DNA from: a virus
Lineage: Duplodnaviria > Caudoviricetes
DNA length: 42,272 nt
IMG/VR virus record: IMGVR_UViG_3300027533_000049
Coordinates: 1-42,272 of that record
Strand: one strand, 5' to 3'
Positions within the stretch are counted from its first letter, which is position 1; the number at the start of each line of letters is the position of its first letter. This document shows positions 34,009-42,272 of the stretch, one piece after another. The translations under genes were made by a program, and so were the position numbers. The notes under the pieces were generated by a model. The model saw only the letters and a list, made by a program, of their open reading frames with translations, searched no databases and was not told the origin of the DNA.

Positions 34009-35366
34009 CAGACCACCTTCAGAATTGTGAGACACGAGAAGTCAGCGGTGACGATGCACGAACACAAGAACTTCGACGTCGTCGTCGTGTCGAACGCGCC
34101 ATCGACCTTAGTCCAGCCCGACGTCGTGATCGCGCCCGCGCCGGATGCGTTGATGACCGTCAGCGTGTACTGACCCGTGTTCGAGCCGGGCGCGATCGTA
34201 CCGGCGCCGTTGTTGGTGATCTTCTGGATCGGGCGATCGCCGGGGTCGGGCGTGATCGTGACGCCCGACAGGTTGCCAAGGTCTTTCGGCGTGATGCGCG
34301 CGCCGCCGGTGATGGTCTGATCCTCGACAGCAGCGGCCAGCTTACCGCCAGCCAACGCATCGACGTACTCCTTGCTGGTCGCGTGGTTGGCATAGACCGG
34401 GACTTTGTCCAGCAGATAGACCGGGTGGGTGAAGGCAAACGACACGGTGTCGAAGAGGATGTAGCTCGACCCGGTGTTACCGAACTGGATCAGCCCCTGC
34501 GCTGGCTGGCTGAGATGGGACCGCTTGACCCACAGGTCGTTGCTAATATCGACAACGCCGGACGAGAACGCTCCGCTGATGTTCAGCGGCCCGCCCCACA
34601 GCGTGTAGGCGGAGCCGTCGTAGTAAAGGTAGTTGTCGCCTGATCCGAAGTAATAGATACCGACCGCCGACCCAGCACGCACCACGCCATTCACGGTCAG
34701 GTTGCCGGTGATGATGCCGCCAGCCGTGTCGAGCTTCGTCGTGTCGCTCGGGTGGCGGTGGTCGCCGCGCGTGTAAGCGGTCGACGACCCCGCGGCCGCG
34801 GCGCCGTCCATCAACGGCGCGGCGTCGCTCGGGGTCTGCGGCGCACCGGCCGGGCCCTGGATGCCTTGCGGGCCCTGAATACCCTGCGGACCAGGGTCAC
34901 CCTGCGGGCCCTGTGGGCCCTGCGAGCCGGTTGCGCCCGTGGCGCCCGCGGGGCCTGTCGGACCAGCTGGCCCAGGCACGGTGCTGTCGGCGCCGGCCGG
35001 GCCAGGGTCGCCCTGCGGGCCAGCCGGGCCTGCTGGTCCCGGCACGGTGCTGTCGGCGCCCGTGGGCCCCGGATCGCCTTGCGGGCCGGGCGGGCCTGCG
35101 GGCCCGGGGACGTCGCTGACGCCCGGGACGCCCTGCGGCCCGGCAGGGCCGGCCGGGCCTGCGGGCCCTGCGGGCCCTGGGACATTGCTGACCCCAGGCA
35201 CGCCCTGCGGCCCTGGCGGGCCTGCGGGCCCTGGTGCGCCATTGGGCCCAGGCGGCCCCGGCAAGCCGGAAGAGCCGGGCGGCCCGGCGGGGCCCATCGG
35301 CCCCTCCAGGGCGACGCTGAAGGCAGCTGTGCCCGGCGGGGCGCGGCCGTCGTTAGTAAAGGGCAT
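34008..35366 (-). CDS. Collagen-like fibre protein
   Basis: Long interrupted Gly-X-Y run, [18 protein letters not shown]; C-terminal domain shared with 22387..23766. Confidence 0.85.
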   Translation of the reverse strand: MPFTNDGRAPPGTAAFSVALEGPMGPAGPPGSSGLPGPPGPNGAPGPAGPPGPQGVPGVSNVPGPAGPAGPAGPAGPQGVPGVSDVPGPAGPPGPQGDPGPTGADSTVPGPAGPAGPQGDPGPAGADSTVPGPAGPTGPAGATGATGSQGPQGPQGDPGPQGIQGPQGIQGPAGAPQTPSDAAPLMDGAAAAGSSTAYTRGDHRHPSDTTKLDTAGGIITGNLTVNGVVRAGSAVGIYYFGSGDNYLYYDGSAYTLWGGPLNISGAFSSGVVDISNDLWVKRSHLSQPAQGLIQFGNTGSSYILFDTVSFAFTHPVYLLDKVPVYANHATSKEYVDALAGGKLAAAVEDQTITGGARITPKDLGNLSGVTITPDPGDRPIQKITNNGAGTIAPGSNTGQYTLTVINASGAGAITTSGWTKVDGAFDTTTTSKFLCSCIVTADFSCLTILKVV

Positions 35367-36063
35367 TGCCCCCTCCAAACACCGGCCGATCGACCAGGAT
35401 AGGAGCGGGGCTGTCGGCGCCGGAGGCGACGTTCAGGGCATCACCGTAGGTGCCCATGTCCTCGGCGTACGCCGAACCCTTCTGGGCCTTCCATTGCCAG
35501 ATCATGCCGAGCCTGAGCACACGCTCGCTGAGCACGAAACTGTCGTCGTCGGCCAGGAACGAGCTGCCGAAGCCGCCGGCCGCCAGCTTGATGCAGTTGC
35601 GGTGCAGGTAGGCGAACATCGCCTCCTGGCCGACCAGCATGATCGGGCGGATCACCATCTGGCCGTTGAGCAGGGTCCACTCGCCGCGACCTTCGACCGT
35701 GTTGCTGATGCGCCGCTTCACCCACTCATCGGGATTGGCGATGAACCGCATCGGGCTCTGGGTGTAGGACGAGTGCCAGACGTTGGATGACAGCAGCATG
35801 CGCTGGTAGTCGGCCGGCAGATCGAACTCGCCGGTGCCGGTCACGAAGCCGTCGACACCCAGCACGCCAGTGCCGGCGAAGATGTGGGTCTTGCGCAAGC
35901 GCGTCCACTCGCGCGTATCGAAGGCAATGCGCTGTGCCATCTCGTTGGCGAGCGCGACCATCTCCTGCATGGTGCGGTTGGCGGAGATGCTCGTGAAGAC
36001 GCTGGTCGGCAATTCGACGCCGACGACCGCGCAGACATCTCGCACCACCGTCAACAGCGACAT
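35353..36063 (-). CDS. Head-tail adaptor (tail tubular protein A-like)
   Basis: Start [11 protein letters not shown] (TGATG coupling); FDLPADY motif; size and position. Confidence 0.7.
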   Translation of the reverse strand: MSLLTVVRDVCAVVGVELPTSVFTSISANRTMQEMVALANEMAQRIAFDTREWTRLRKTHIFAGTGVLGVDGFVTGTGEFDLPADYQRMLLSSNVWHSSYTQSPMRFIANPDEWVKRRISNTVEGRGEWTLLNGQMVIRPIMLVGQEAMFAYLHRNCIKLAAGGFGSSFLADDDSFVLSERVLRLGMIWQWKAQKGSAYAEDMGTYGDALNVASGADSPAPILVDRPVFGGGNALY

Positions 36064-36791
36064 CAGGCTGCCTTGGTTTTCTCCGGTCGAGCATCCATCG
36101 CCATGCGCAGCAGCGTCTTGCGGTTCAGGTTGCCCTGCGGCGCATGACCGGTGTGCGTGGTGACGTACTCGCGGATCTGATCGGTTGTCATGTCGTCGAA
36201 TTGGCTCTCGCCGGAGGCAACAGCGAGCGTGCGTTGTTTGAGCGCATCGTTGTCGTCGATCAGCGTCTGATTGACGGCGCGCAGCGCCTCCAGCTCGGCC
36301 TGCAGCTGCGTGCTCGGCGCGTGCGCCTCGCCGGCCTTGATGTATTCGATCGCCGCGTTCTTCATCTCGCGGCCGCCGTGGCCCAGGTTCTTCAGCTCTT
36401 GGCCGTCGACTGCGGCGAGCGCCTCGACGGTGTAGATGTTGAGCGCGCGCAGCTCGGCGCGGCGCCCCTCGGTCAGAAACTGCGCAAACGCCAGCGGTGT
36501 ACCGCTCTTGGTCTGCGCGGCGTGCGCCTTGAATTGCTGATACTGCCGAGAGAACCGCTCGGCGTAAGACACCTTGATCTGCTCGCCGGTGTGCGGATTG
36601 ACCGCCCAGTGCGAAAACGCTGCCGCCGGGAATACGCTCACTGAGCGCGAGCCGGCGAACCGGATCTCGACAACCTCGACGTCGTCGTAAATCGGCCGAC
36701 CAGCGGCCGCTGACTTGGCGGCGTTCGGCATGGCGTGGTCCTTGAACAGCGCGACCAGCGAAGCGTCGGGATCTCGTGGATCGATAGACAT
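36063..36791 (-). CDS. Hypothetical protein after the capsid gene
   Basis: Start MSIDPRDP with GGAG RBS; LRALNIYTVEALA, coiled coil, small helical C-terminal domain. Confidence 0.7.
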   Translation of the reverse strand: MSIDPRDPDASLVALFKDHAMPNAAKSAAAGRPIYDDVEVVEIRFAGSRSVSVFPAAAFSHWAVNPHTGEQIKVSYAERFSRQYQQFKAHAAQTKSGTPLAFAQFLTEGRRAELRALNIYTVEALAAVDGQELKNLGHGGREMKNAAIEYIKAGEAHAPSTQLQAELEALRAVNQTLIDDNDALKQRTLAVASGESQFDDMTTDQIREYVTTHTGHAPQGNLNRKTLLRMAMDARPEKTKAA

Positions 36792-36918
36792 AAGGTTCTC
36801 CGTCTGAGGGAGTGGGGTTTGCGAGGTTGAGGCCGCCACCTGCACGGGGAAGGCTTGCGCCCGTGGCGGCCCCAGTCCTGGGGAGGGGATGGTTGTTCAC
36901 CCCCAGGGTCGTTGGTGA

Positions 36919-37941
36919 TCAGGTCGCCGGGTTGCTGTCGTAGAGCCGCCAGTTGAACATCGGGTTGGTCATCGTCAGCTCGCCCATCCAGCCGATAAAC
37001 TGAGCGATCGCATCCTTGTCGATCGGCATCTGGCCTTCGCCGTCGAACACCTTGTCGAAGTTACGCTGCGGGTGATAGCGCAGCCGGAAGCTATCGGTGT
37101 TGAGGCCGAACGAGGTGTTGGCCGGCATGTTGGAGCCAATGCCGCCGTCGAGCACGATCTCAGCCCGCTTGCCGCCGCCAATGTATTCGAGCGCCGAGAA
37201 GCCAAGCTTACCGAGCGACGTCTCGTTGGTCTGACGCTGGATCGCGATCGTCGCCGCGTCGTACGCCGCGTAGTGCTCAGGCGACATGATGATCAGGTCG
37301 GCGTAGTCACGACCGCGCGATTGCTTGGTCATGATCGAGCTGATCAGCGGGCGGACGGTGTCCTTGGTGACCTGCGTGCCGATCGCCGGGTTCACGGTCT
37401 GGGCGTCGTAGGTCTTGGTCTGCCAGATCACCGCGGTCGCGCGATCGATGCCGCCGTAGACGCCGCTGTTGACCACGATCGGCACGGCGGTCGCGAGGCC
37501 GGTGAGCTGCTTGCCGCCGTTGGCGGTACCGTCGCCATACAACGCGGCATCCATGGTGTCTTCCAGGGAACGCTCGGCGGCGTCGATGTAGTTGTCGTAG
37601 ACATCCATCAGCTGGTTGTCGCCCTCGTTGTTCAGGATCTCCTGCATCGAGAGGATGACCGGCACGACCACCATCTTGGGGTCGTAGTAGGCGTCGTTGA
37701 ACAGATCGATCGCCGGATTGAGCAGCTCGTCGAAGCCCGAGTACCACTGGGCGACTTGCTTGCCGACCTGGAGCGTCTCGCGGATCCGTGGACCGGAATA
37801 GGTCTTCCACATCCCCTTGCGGCGCAGGACGGCGAGCAGCGCGTTGTTGTTCGAGACGAGATCCTGGTAGCTCGCTGAGCGCTCTTCCAGCGCCATCGAC
37901 AGCACCTGCTGATAGGCAGCGGCTGAAGCAATGTTTGGCAT
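36919..37941 (-). CDS. Major capsid protein
   Basis: 340 aa after the scaffold; ALYGDGT...LTGL and YGGIDR motifs typical of this capsid type. Confidence 0.85.
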   Translation of the reverse strand: MPNIASAAAYQQVLSMALEERSASYQDLVSNNNALLAVLRRKGMWKTYSGPRIRETLQVGKQVAQWYSGFDELLNPAIDLFNDAYYDPKMVVVPVILSMQEILNNEGDNQLMDVYDNYIDAAERSLEDTMDAALYGDGTANGGKQLTGLATAVPIVVNSGVYGGIDRATAVIWQTKTYDAQTVNPAIGTQVTKDTVRPLISSIMTKQSRGRDYADLIIMSPEHYAAYDAATIAIQRQTNETSLGKLGFSALEYIGGGKRAEIVLDGGIGSNMPANTSFGLNTDSFRLRYHPQRNFDKVFDGEGQMPIDKDAIAQFIGWMGELTMTNPMFNWRLYDSNPAT

Positions 37942-37966
37942 TGTGGTGTCCCCACGTTGAACGGTT

Positions 37967-39232
37967 TCAGAGCGAGCCGTTGACGCGCTTCATCGCGCTG
38001 GCAATGGCGTCGCGGCGGCTGACCTGCTTCGCCGGCTTCTTGCTGGACGTCCCGTTTGAGGGGCCTGCGTCCGGCGCGCCAGAGATGCTTCGATCAGAGG
38101 GTCGGGTCTGAGCCGTTGGGGTGCGCGTCTGAGGCGCTGGGTCCGGTGCGAGCATTTCGGCACGCCGGTAGGCCGTTTCCAAATCAAAGCCGAAGTCCAG
38201 CTCCTGCTTGATCAGATGCGAGATCTCGTCGAACCGCGGGTGGCTGTCGGCGAACCGGTCAACCTCCGAACGGGTGTACGAGAACTGCTTTTCATACTGC
38301 ATCTGCTGGACGCTCTGCGCAAGGGTCGCAACGGTCTGATGCAGCTGCCCGATCTGGTTCGACTGGGCGGATTGAGCGTTCTGGGTCTGCAGCGCCTTGT
38401 GCTGATCAGGGGTCTGCGACAGCACATGGTAGGCGATGTCGCGCAGCCCCAGCCGGCTGCCGTCAGGCGCCTTCAAGTTGAGATTGTTGACGATGATGTC
38501 GAGCCCGCCGACCACGTCGGTGCGCAGCTTCTGCTCCATCGAGACGTAATTGTTGAGCGCCCTGTCGAGCGTCGTGCCATGCGACGCCGCCAGCTCGTGG
38601 TACGGGCGGATCGTGTTCATGACGTCGTGGTCGCCCTTGTAGCGGGCGTAGGCGTTGGAGAACTCTTGGTGCATGCGATGCACCTCGCCGCGCACGCTCT
38701 CCGGGGCGCTCGCCCACTCGGCCTTGGCGTGGTCCTTCATCCGCTGCGGCGGATCCCGGTAGGGCGCGCCCTCGGGGAGCTGCGGCGCCGGCCCCCGAGC
38801 CTGCTGCCCGGGCTGTCCTGGCTGCTGCTGCTGGCCCGGCGCCTGCGCCGGATCCTGCTGCTGACGCGGCGCGAACCGGCCGCGGTCGCGCGGCTGATCG
38901 TTCGGCGGCCGGCGCAGGTCAATGCCGGCCTCGCCCTCATCGCCGCCCCTATCCTTAGGTTTAGCCCGCTCAACCTTTGTATCCTCGGGCGGCTGGTTAT
39001 GACCCATTCCCGGCTTTGCTGGGCCCGGCTTGGGCGCATTGGGATCCTTGGAGCGCTCAAACGCCCGCTGGATCGCCTCCCGCCGCGTGCCTTCCGGCTT
39101 GGGTGGTGCCTGGGAGCCGACCGGTGCCGGTGCCGCGACCGGGTTCGGATTGATCACGGCCTCGTTGGCCGGGGCCGCTGGAGCTGGGGCGGGCGCAGAG
39201 GTAGGCGGAGGCGCGCTGCCAACGTCGGACAT
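37967..39232 (-). CDS. Capsid scaffolding protein
   Basis: Disordered Pro-rich N-terminus, helical core, basic C-terminal helix SRRDAIASAMKR; directly upstream of the capsid gene. Confidence 0.7.
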   Translation of the reverse strand: MSDVGSAPPPTSAPAPAPAAPANEAVINPNPVAAPAPVGSQAPPKPEGTRREAIQRAFERSKDPNAPKPGPAKPGMGHNQPPEDTKVERAKPKDRGGDEGEAGIDLRRPPNDQPRDRGRFAPRQQQDPAQAPGQQQQPGQPGQQARGPAPQLPEGAPYRDPPQRMKDHAKAEWASAPESVRGEVHRMHQEFSNAYARYKGDHDVMNTIRPYHELAASHGTTLDRALNNYVSMEQKLRTDVVGGLDIIVNNLNLKAPDGSRLGLRDIAYHVLSQTPDQHKALQTQNAQSAQSNQIGQLHQTVATLAQSVQQMQYEKQFSYTRSEVDRFADSHPRFDEISHLIKQELDFGFDLETAYRRAEMLAPDPAPQTRTPTAQTRPSDRSISGAPDAGPSNGTSSKKPAKQVSRRDAIASAMKRVNGSL

Positions 39233-39255
39233 GGTATCCCCTTATGTGTTTCCGG

Positions 39256-39552
39256 TCAGCGTGACCGGACTTTATGGATCGCTTTCCTAATCGCCTGCTG
39301 CCGCGCGTCGGCCTGCGTGCGCGAGGCGCGCGGCTTGGGCTTTGGCTTCTCGTTGCCGACCTCGGTCAGCCCGAGCGCGCGTCCAGTCGCGCGGAACGCG
39401 GCCTTGCTAGTGTAGAACCGCCCGTCGACCTGCTCGGTCGGCGGCATCTCGTCCGAGATGACGTGCGGCATCGGCAGCTTTGACCTAGCGGGCGGCGCCT
39501 CGTTTGGATCGCGCGTTGACCAGCGGTTTGGCCCCACCTTGTAGATCGGCAT
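39256..39552 (-). CDS. Hypothetical protein, 98 aa
   Basis: VISD...DGRFYTSK...EVGNE; in the head operon. Confidence 0.7.
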   Translation of the reverse strand: MPIYKVGPNRWSTRDPNEAPPARSKLPMPHVISDEMPPTEQVDGRFYTSKAAFRATGRALGLTEVGNEKPKPKPRASRTQADARQQAIRKAIHKVRSR

Positions 39553-39623
39553 TTAATCCGCCCGGTATTTGCAGCCAGCGGACATGCCGGTCGCACCCGG
39601 CATGCCCGCCAACCTCCCCCCGA

Positions 39624-40418
39624 CTACTTCTTGCGCTTGGGTGCCTTAGCCGGCTTCTTGGGTCGGGCCTTGGCAGTCGCGGCTCGAGCCGGCTCAACGA
39701 ACTCGAACATCAGCGGCTCGCTCTCGCCGGCCGCGTTCTTGACCGTCACCGGAAACTCCCCGGCGACCGTTGCCAGCGACGGCTTGACGATCGTCGTCAG
39801 CGTCGTGTCGCTGACGTAGGTCGTCGGTTCGTCGCCACCGTTGAACGTGATCACGCTGTCGGCCGTGAAGCCCTCGCCGGTGCAGGTCAGCGTCAGATCG
39901 GCGTCGCCGATCGTGGCGATATCCGGGTCGAGGTCGAGCAGGTCGGGCAGCTCCGTCTCGCCCTCACCGCCCGGTGCCGGCGGCCCGCCAGGACCGCCAG
40001 GATTGAGCGAGCCGACCGTTGAGCCCTCCGGCTCGTTGATGCTGGCGAGCGAGCCACTGCCATGTGGCGTCTCGCCCGGTGATGTCTCCTGCTGCGTCGG
40101 AGCCTCGACGCCGCCGCCCACGCCTTCCATGCCGAGCGTGTTGGGGTCGACGATCGGGCCCTGTCCCGGCTCCGCGCTCGGGATGTTCGGGTTGATGTTG
40201 TCGCGCGTGATCTGCCCGCGGCTGATCTCCGGCGGCAACCTGTCCTCCGGCCGAGTGCGTTCGATGAAGTCGTGCGGCCGATCGACCAGCAGCTGGCGCC
40301 GCTTGTCGTCGTTCTCCTCCCGCACCGGCGCCGGCTGCTGAGCTGGCTGGCCGGCGCGCTCCTGCCGCCGAGCTGGCGGGGCTGGGTCTTCCGTCTTGTC
40401 GGGTTTCATGAGGGCCAT
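39624..40418 (-). CDS. IPT/TIG Ig-like domain protein
   Basis: LDPD...LTCTGEGFTADSVITFNG...TTYVSDTTLT...VTVKN; AAGGAGG RBS. Confidence 0.75.
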   Translation of the reverse strand: MALMKPDKTEDPAPPARRQERAGQPAQQPAPVREENDDKRRQLLVDRPHDFIERTRPEDRLPPEISRGQITRDNINPNIPSAEPGQGPIVDPNTLGMEGVGGGVEAPTQQETSPGETPHGSGSLASINEPEGSTVGSLNPGGPGGPPAPGGEGETELPDLLDLDPDIATIGDADLTLTCTGEGFTADSVITFNGGDEPTTYVSDTTLTTIVKPSLATVAGEFPVTVKNAAGESEPLMFEFVEPARAATAKARPKKPAKAPKRKK

Positions 40419-40443
40419 GGTGGTGCCTCCTTGTGCAAAGCGA

Positions 40444-41175
40444 TCAGGTGAAGGTCCAGGTCTGCGGCGCGGTTGTCACGACGCCACCGGTGATGACCAC
40501 GACCGGCCACGGGCCCGCCGTCGTCTTCTTGGTAACGCTCGGCGCGGTCAATGAGGTCGCCGAGTTGAACGTCGTGGTCTGCGGCACGCCATTGACGTGG
40601 ATGACGCTCTGCTTGGTGAAGTTCGTGCCGGTGACGCTCAGCGTCGTGGTGCCGACACCGGACGCGCTCGATCCTGGGGTGATGCCCGACAACGCCGCAT
40701 TGGTCGCCGGTGACAGGCTCGATGCATGATCGCGGTTCGGGTTGTTGGTGTAGGCGCCGAGCACAGAGACGGCCACTGTCGGCGCCTCCGGCCGGGATCC
40801 TGGCGCAGTCACCACCACCTCGGTGCCGGCAGCCTCGTGCGGCACGCTGGTCGAGGCCGGCACGGCGCCGCCCAGGTTAGGGTTCGGCGGCGTCACACCG
40901 CCAGCACCAGGGTAGGTGCCCTCGGTGCCGCCCGCGGTCGCGCCGGAGCCGCTCGCGAGCGCTGCCTTGTTGGTGGCGAACGCAGTGAGTGGACCAGCAG
41001 CACCGTCGTCGTAATAGGGCGGCGGCGATGTCGGCGTACCGACGCCCCAGTTCTTGGGATCGTTGTAGGTGTTCTTCGTGAAGTTGGGCGGGTTCGGCGG
41101 CGTTGCGCCGACGCTGACCATGTTGGTCGGCGGCGTCGGGTTCGGCGGGGTAACGGTCAGTGCGCTCTGGGCCAT
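40444..41175 (-). CDS. IPT/TIG Ig-like domain protein
   Basis: Pro/Thr-rich N-terminus; ITPG...LSVTGTNFTKQSVIHVNG...TTFNSATSLT; AAGGAG RBS before 41175. Confidence 0.75.
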   Translation of the reverse strand: MAQSALTVTPPNPTPPTNMVSVGATPPNPPNFTKNTYNDPKNWGVGTPTSPPPYYDDGAAGPLTAFATNKAALASGSGATAGGTEGTYPGAGGVTPPNPNLGGAVPASTSVPHEAAGTEVVVTAPGSRPEAPTVAVSVLGAYTNNPNRDHASSLSPATNAALSGITPGSSASGVGTTTLSVTGTNFTKQSVIHVNGVPQTTTFNSATSLTAPSVTKKTTAGPWPVVVITGGVVTTAPQTWTFT

Positions 41176-41195
41176 GGTCGTGCTCCTTCTACGGT

Positions 41196-42272
41196 TCAAT
41201 AGTTGTCCTGGTCGGCGATCGAGCCCATGACACCGGGCGCGACAGCGGCAGCGCCGCCAATGCCCAGTAACGCGCGTCGGCCGGTAAAGGCGTCATGCAG
41301 TGCCTGTTCCGGGGTTATGCCGTACACCTGTGCGGTGACCTGTGCGCGACGGTTCAGTGCCTCCAGCAGCGGTGCCGGGTAAGACTTCAGCCCAGTATAT
41401 TCGCCGCCGCCGACCCAGGTCGCAGCCTGCTGCGGCGCCTGTGAGGTCTTAGCGCGATCGGCGGCTCGGTGCCCAACGCTTTCGAGGTACGAATACTCGC
41501 CCGGCAGCAGGCTGGAGTTCTCGCCGAACGCCGTCTTGGCGTAGGGCATGCCGACCATGTTGCGGATGTCGTGGGTGTCGACCGTGCGCGGCAGCCAGTT
41601 GCCGGACAGGTTGGTGCGGTACGAGATCGGCTTGGGATTGGCGACCGGGTCGTAGCTGTGGGTCATGTACTCCTGCACGCGATCGGCGTGCTGGATCTGG
41701 CTCTTCGCGCCGTAGCCGGCGGGCGGGCCACCCGCCATGGTCTGCACCGTCTTGCCGGTCTGCGGATCGGGGATAGCGATCACTTTCGGCAACGGCTTTC
41801 CCTGCAAGACCTGCTGCAGGTACCACGTCGACGAGCGGATGTTGTTGTCGATCGGGTTGAGCATCGACGTCCCGGCGAGGCTGTCGAGCCACGCCTCGAA
41901 CACCTGCGGTCCCTTCCGCGGCCCGTGGATCGAGATCATCATGTCGCGCGCCTGCATCAGATTATACCAGCCCCAGTTTGCCTCTGGCGCGTCGTTCGCG
42001 GCGCGCTCCAGTCGCTGGATGCCGCCGCGCGACACCGGCTCGAGCCGCTCGGTTTGCTTTGGCGGCACGCGCGGCAGATAGAACTGCGGTACATCTGGCG
42101 TCTGCTTCAGCGTTTGCGGTGACACATCGAACAGCGAGCTGGGCGAGCGGCCCGCCTCGGTCGCCTCGTCGAATGCCTGCTCGGCGCGGGTGATCTCTTT
42201 CTTGATCGGCTTGAACGCTGCCAGTCCAGGCGCAGCGACCTCCTGCGACGGCAGCATCAGACCGGGCGGCAG
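41196..42272 (-). CDS. C-terminal part of the 653-aa origin-spanning protein; HhH-GPD DNA glycosylase-like domain
   Basis: K-x17-DTH-x2-R motif (KPISYRTNLSGNWLPRTVDTHDIR); ends MGSIADQDNY. Confidence 0.7.
   Translation of the reverse strand: MPPGLMLPSQEVAAPGLAAFKPIKKEITRAEQAFDEATEAGRSPSSLFDVSPQTLKQTPDVPQFYLPRVPPKQTERLEPVSRGGIQRLERAANDAPEANWGWYNLMQARDMMISIHGPRKGPQVFEAWLDSLAGTSMLNPIDNNIRSSTWYLQQVLQGKPLPKVIAIPDPQTGKTVQTMAGGPPAGYGAKSQIQHADRVQEYMTHSYDPVANPKPISYRTNLSGNWLPRTVDTHDIRNMVGMPYAKTAFGENSSLLPGEYSYLESVGHRAADRAKTSQAPQQAATWVGGGEYTGLKSYPAPLLEALNRRAQVTAQVYGITPEQALHDAFTGRRALLGIGGAAAVAPGVMGSIADQDNY
42121..42272. repeat. Terminal direct repeat, right copy
   Basis: Matches 1-152 with one mismatch. 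Confidence 0.95.

Noticed and set aside
22387-34330. Paralogous fibre ends as a diversity-generating retroelement TR/VR pair
   Set aside because: Differences are extensive and not adenine-specific, both copies are coding, and no reverse transcriptase is present
34939-35790. Plus-strand collagen-like ORF
   Set aside because: Gly/Pro codons are reverse complements of each other, so it mirrors the real minus-strand collagen gene
35353-36900. 515-aa track ORF as a fusion or frameshift product
   Set aside because: Its first part overlaps gene 36063..36791 in another frame; a coupled ATG at 36063 explains the real adaptor gene
36792-36918. tRNA in this or other structured intergenic regions
   Set aside because: No cloverleaf with D- and T-loop consensus found by eye

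Overview
The window is an apparently complete, circularly permuted genome of a GC-rich podovirus-like dsDNA phage. Bases 1-152 recur at 42121-42272, so the unit length is about 42,120 bp. The host is most likely an alphaproteobacterium, inferred from a GcrA homolog and a VPGPxxG PEP-CTERM-type protein. The minus strand carries a packaging and virion operon (terminases, portal, a 653-aa origin-spanning protein, two Ig-like proteins, scaffold, capsid, tail, two fibres, ejection proteins) and a replication operon (Cro-like HTH, GcrA, VRR-NUC, Cas4-like nuclease, SSB, primase-helicase, iteron origin). Two plus-strand islands of small genes are driven by a repeated palindromic promoter/operator. 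I recognise no integrase, DNA polymerase, endolysin, tRNA or CRISPR array. The most notable items are: (1) the origin-spanning protein, which has an endonuclease III-like K...VDTH motif and the same MGS-x-A-x-QD-x-Y decapeptide at both ends, a candidate packaged DNA glycosylase; (2) an R-x-A-I-x-x-A/R-hydrophobic motif shared by the scaffold and five other virion-region proteins, a candidate capsid-loading tag; (3) the palindromic promoter regulon; (4) a phage-borne exosortase substrate. All calls come from reading motifs by eye; no database search was run.
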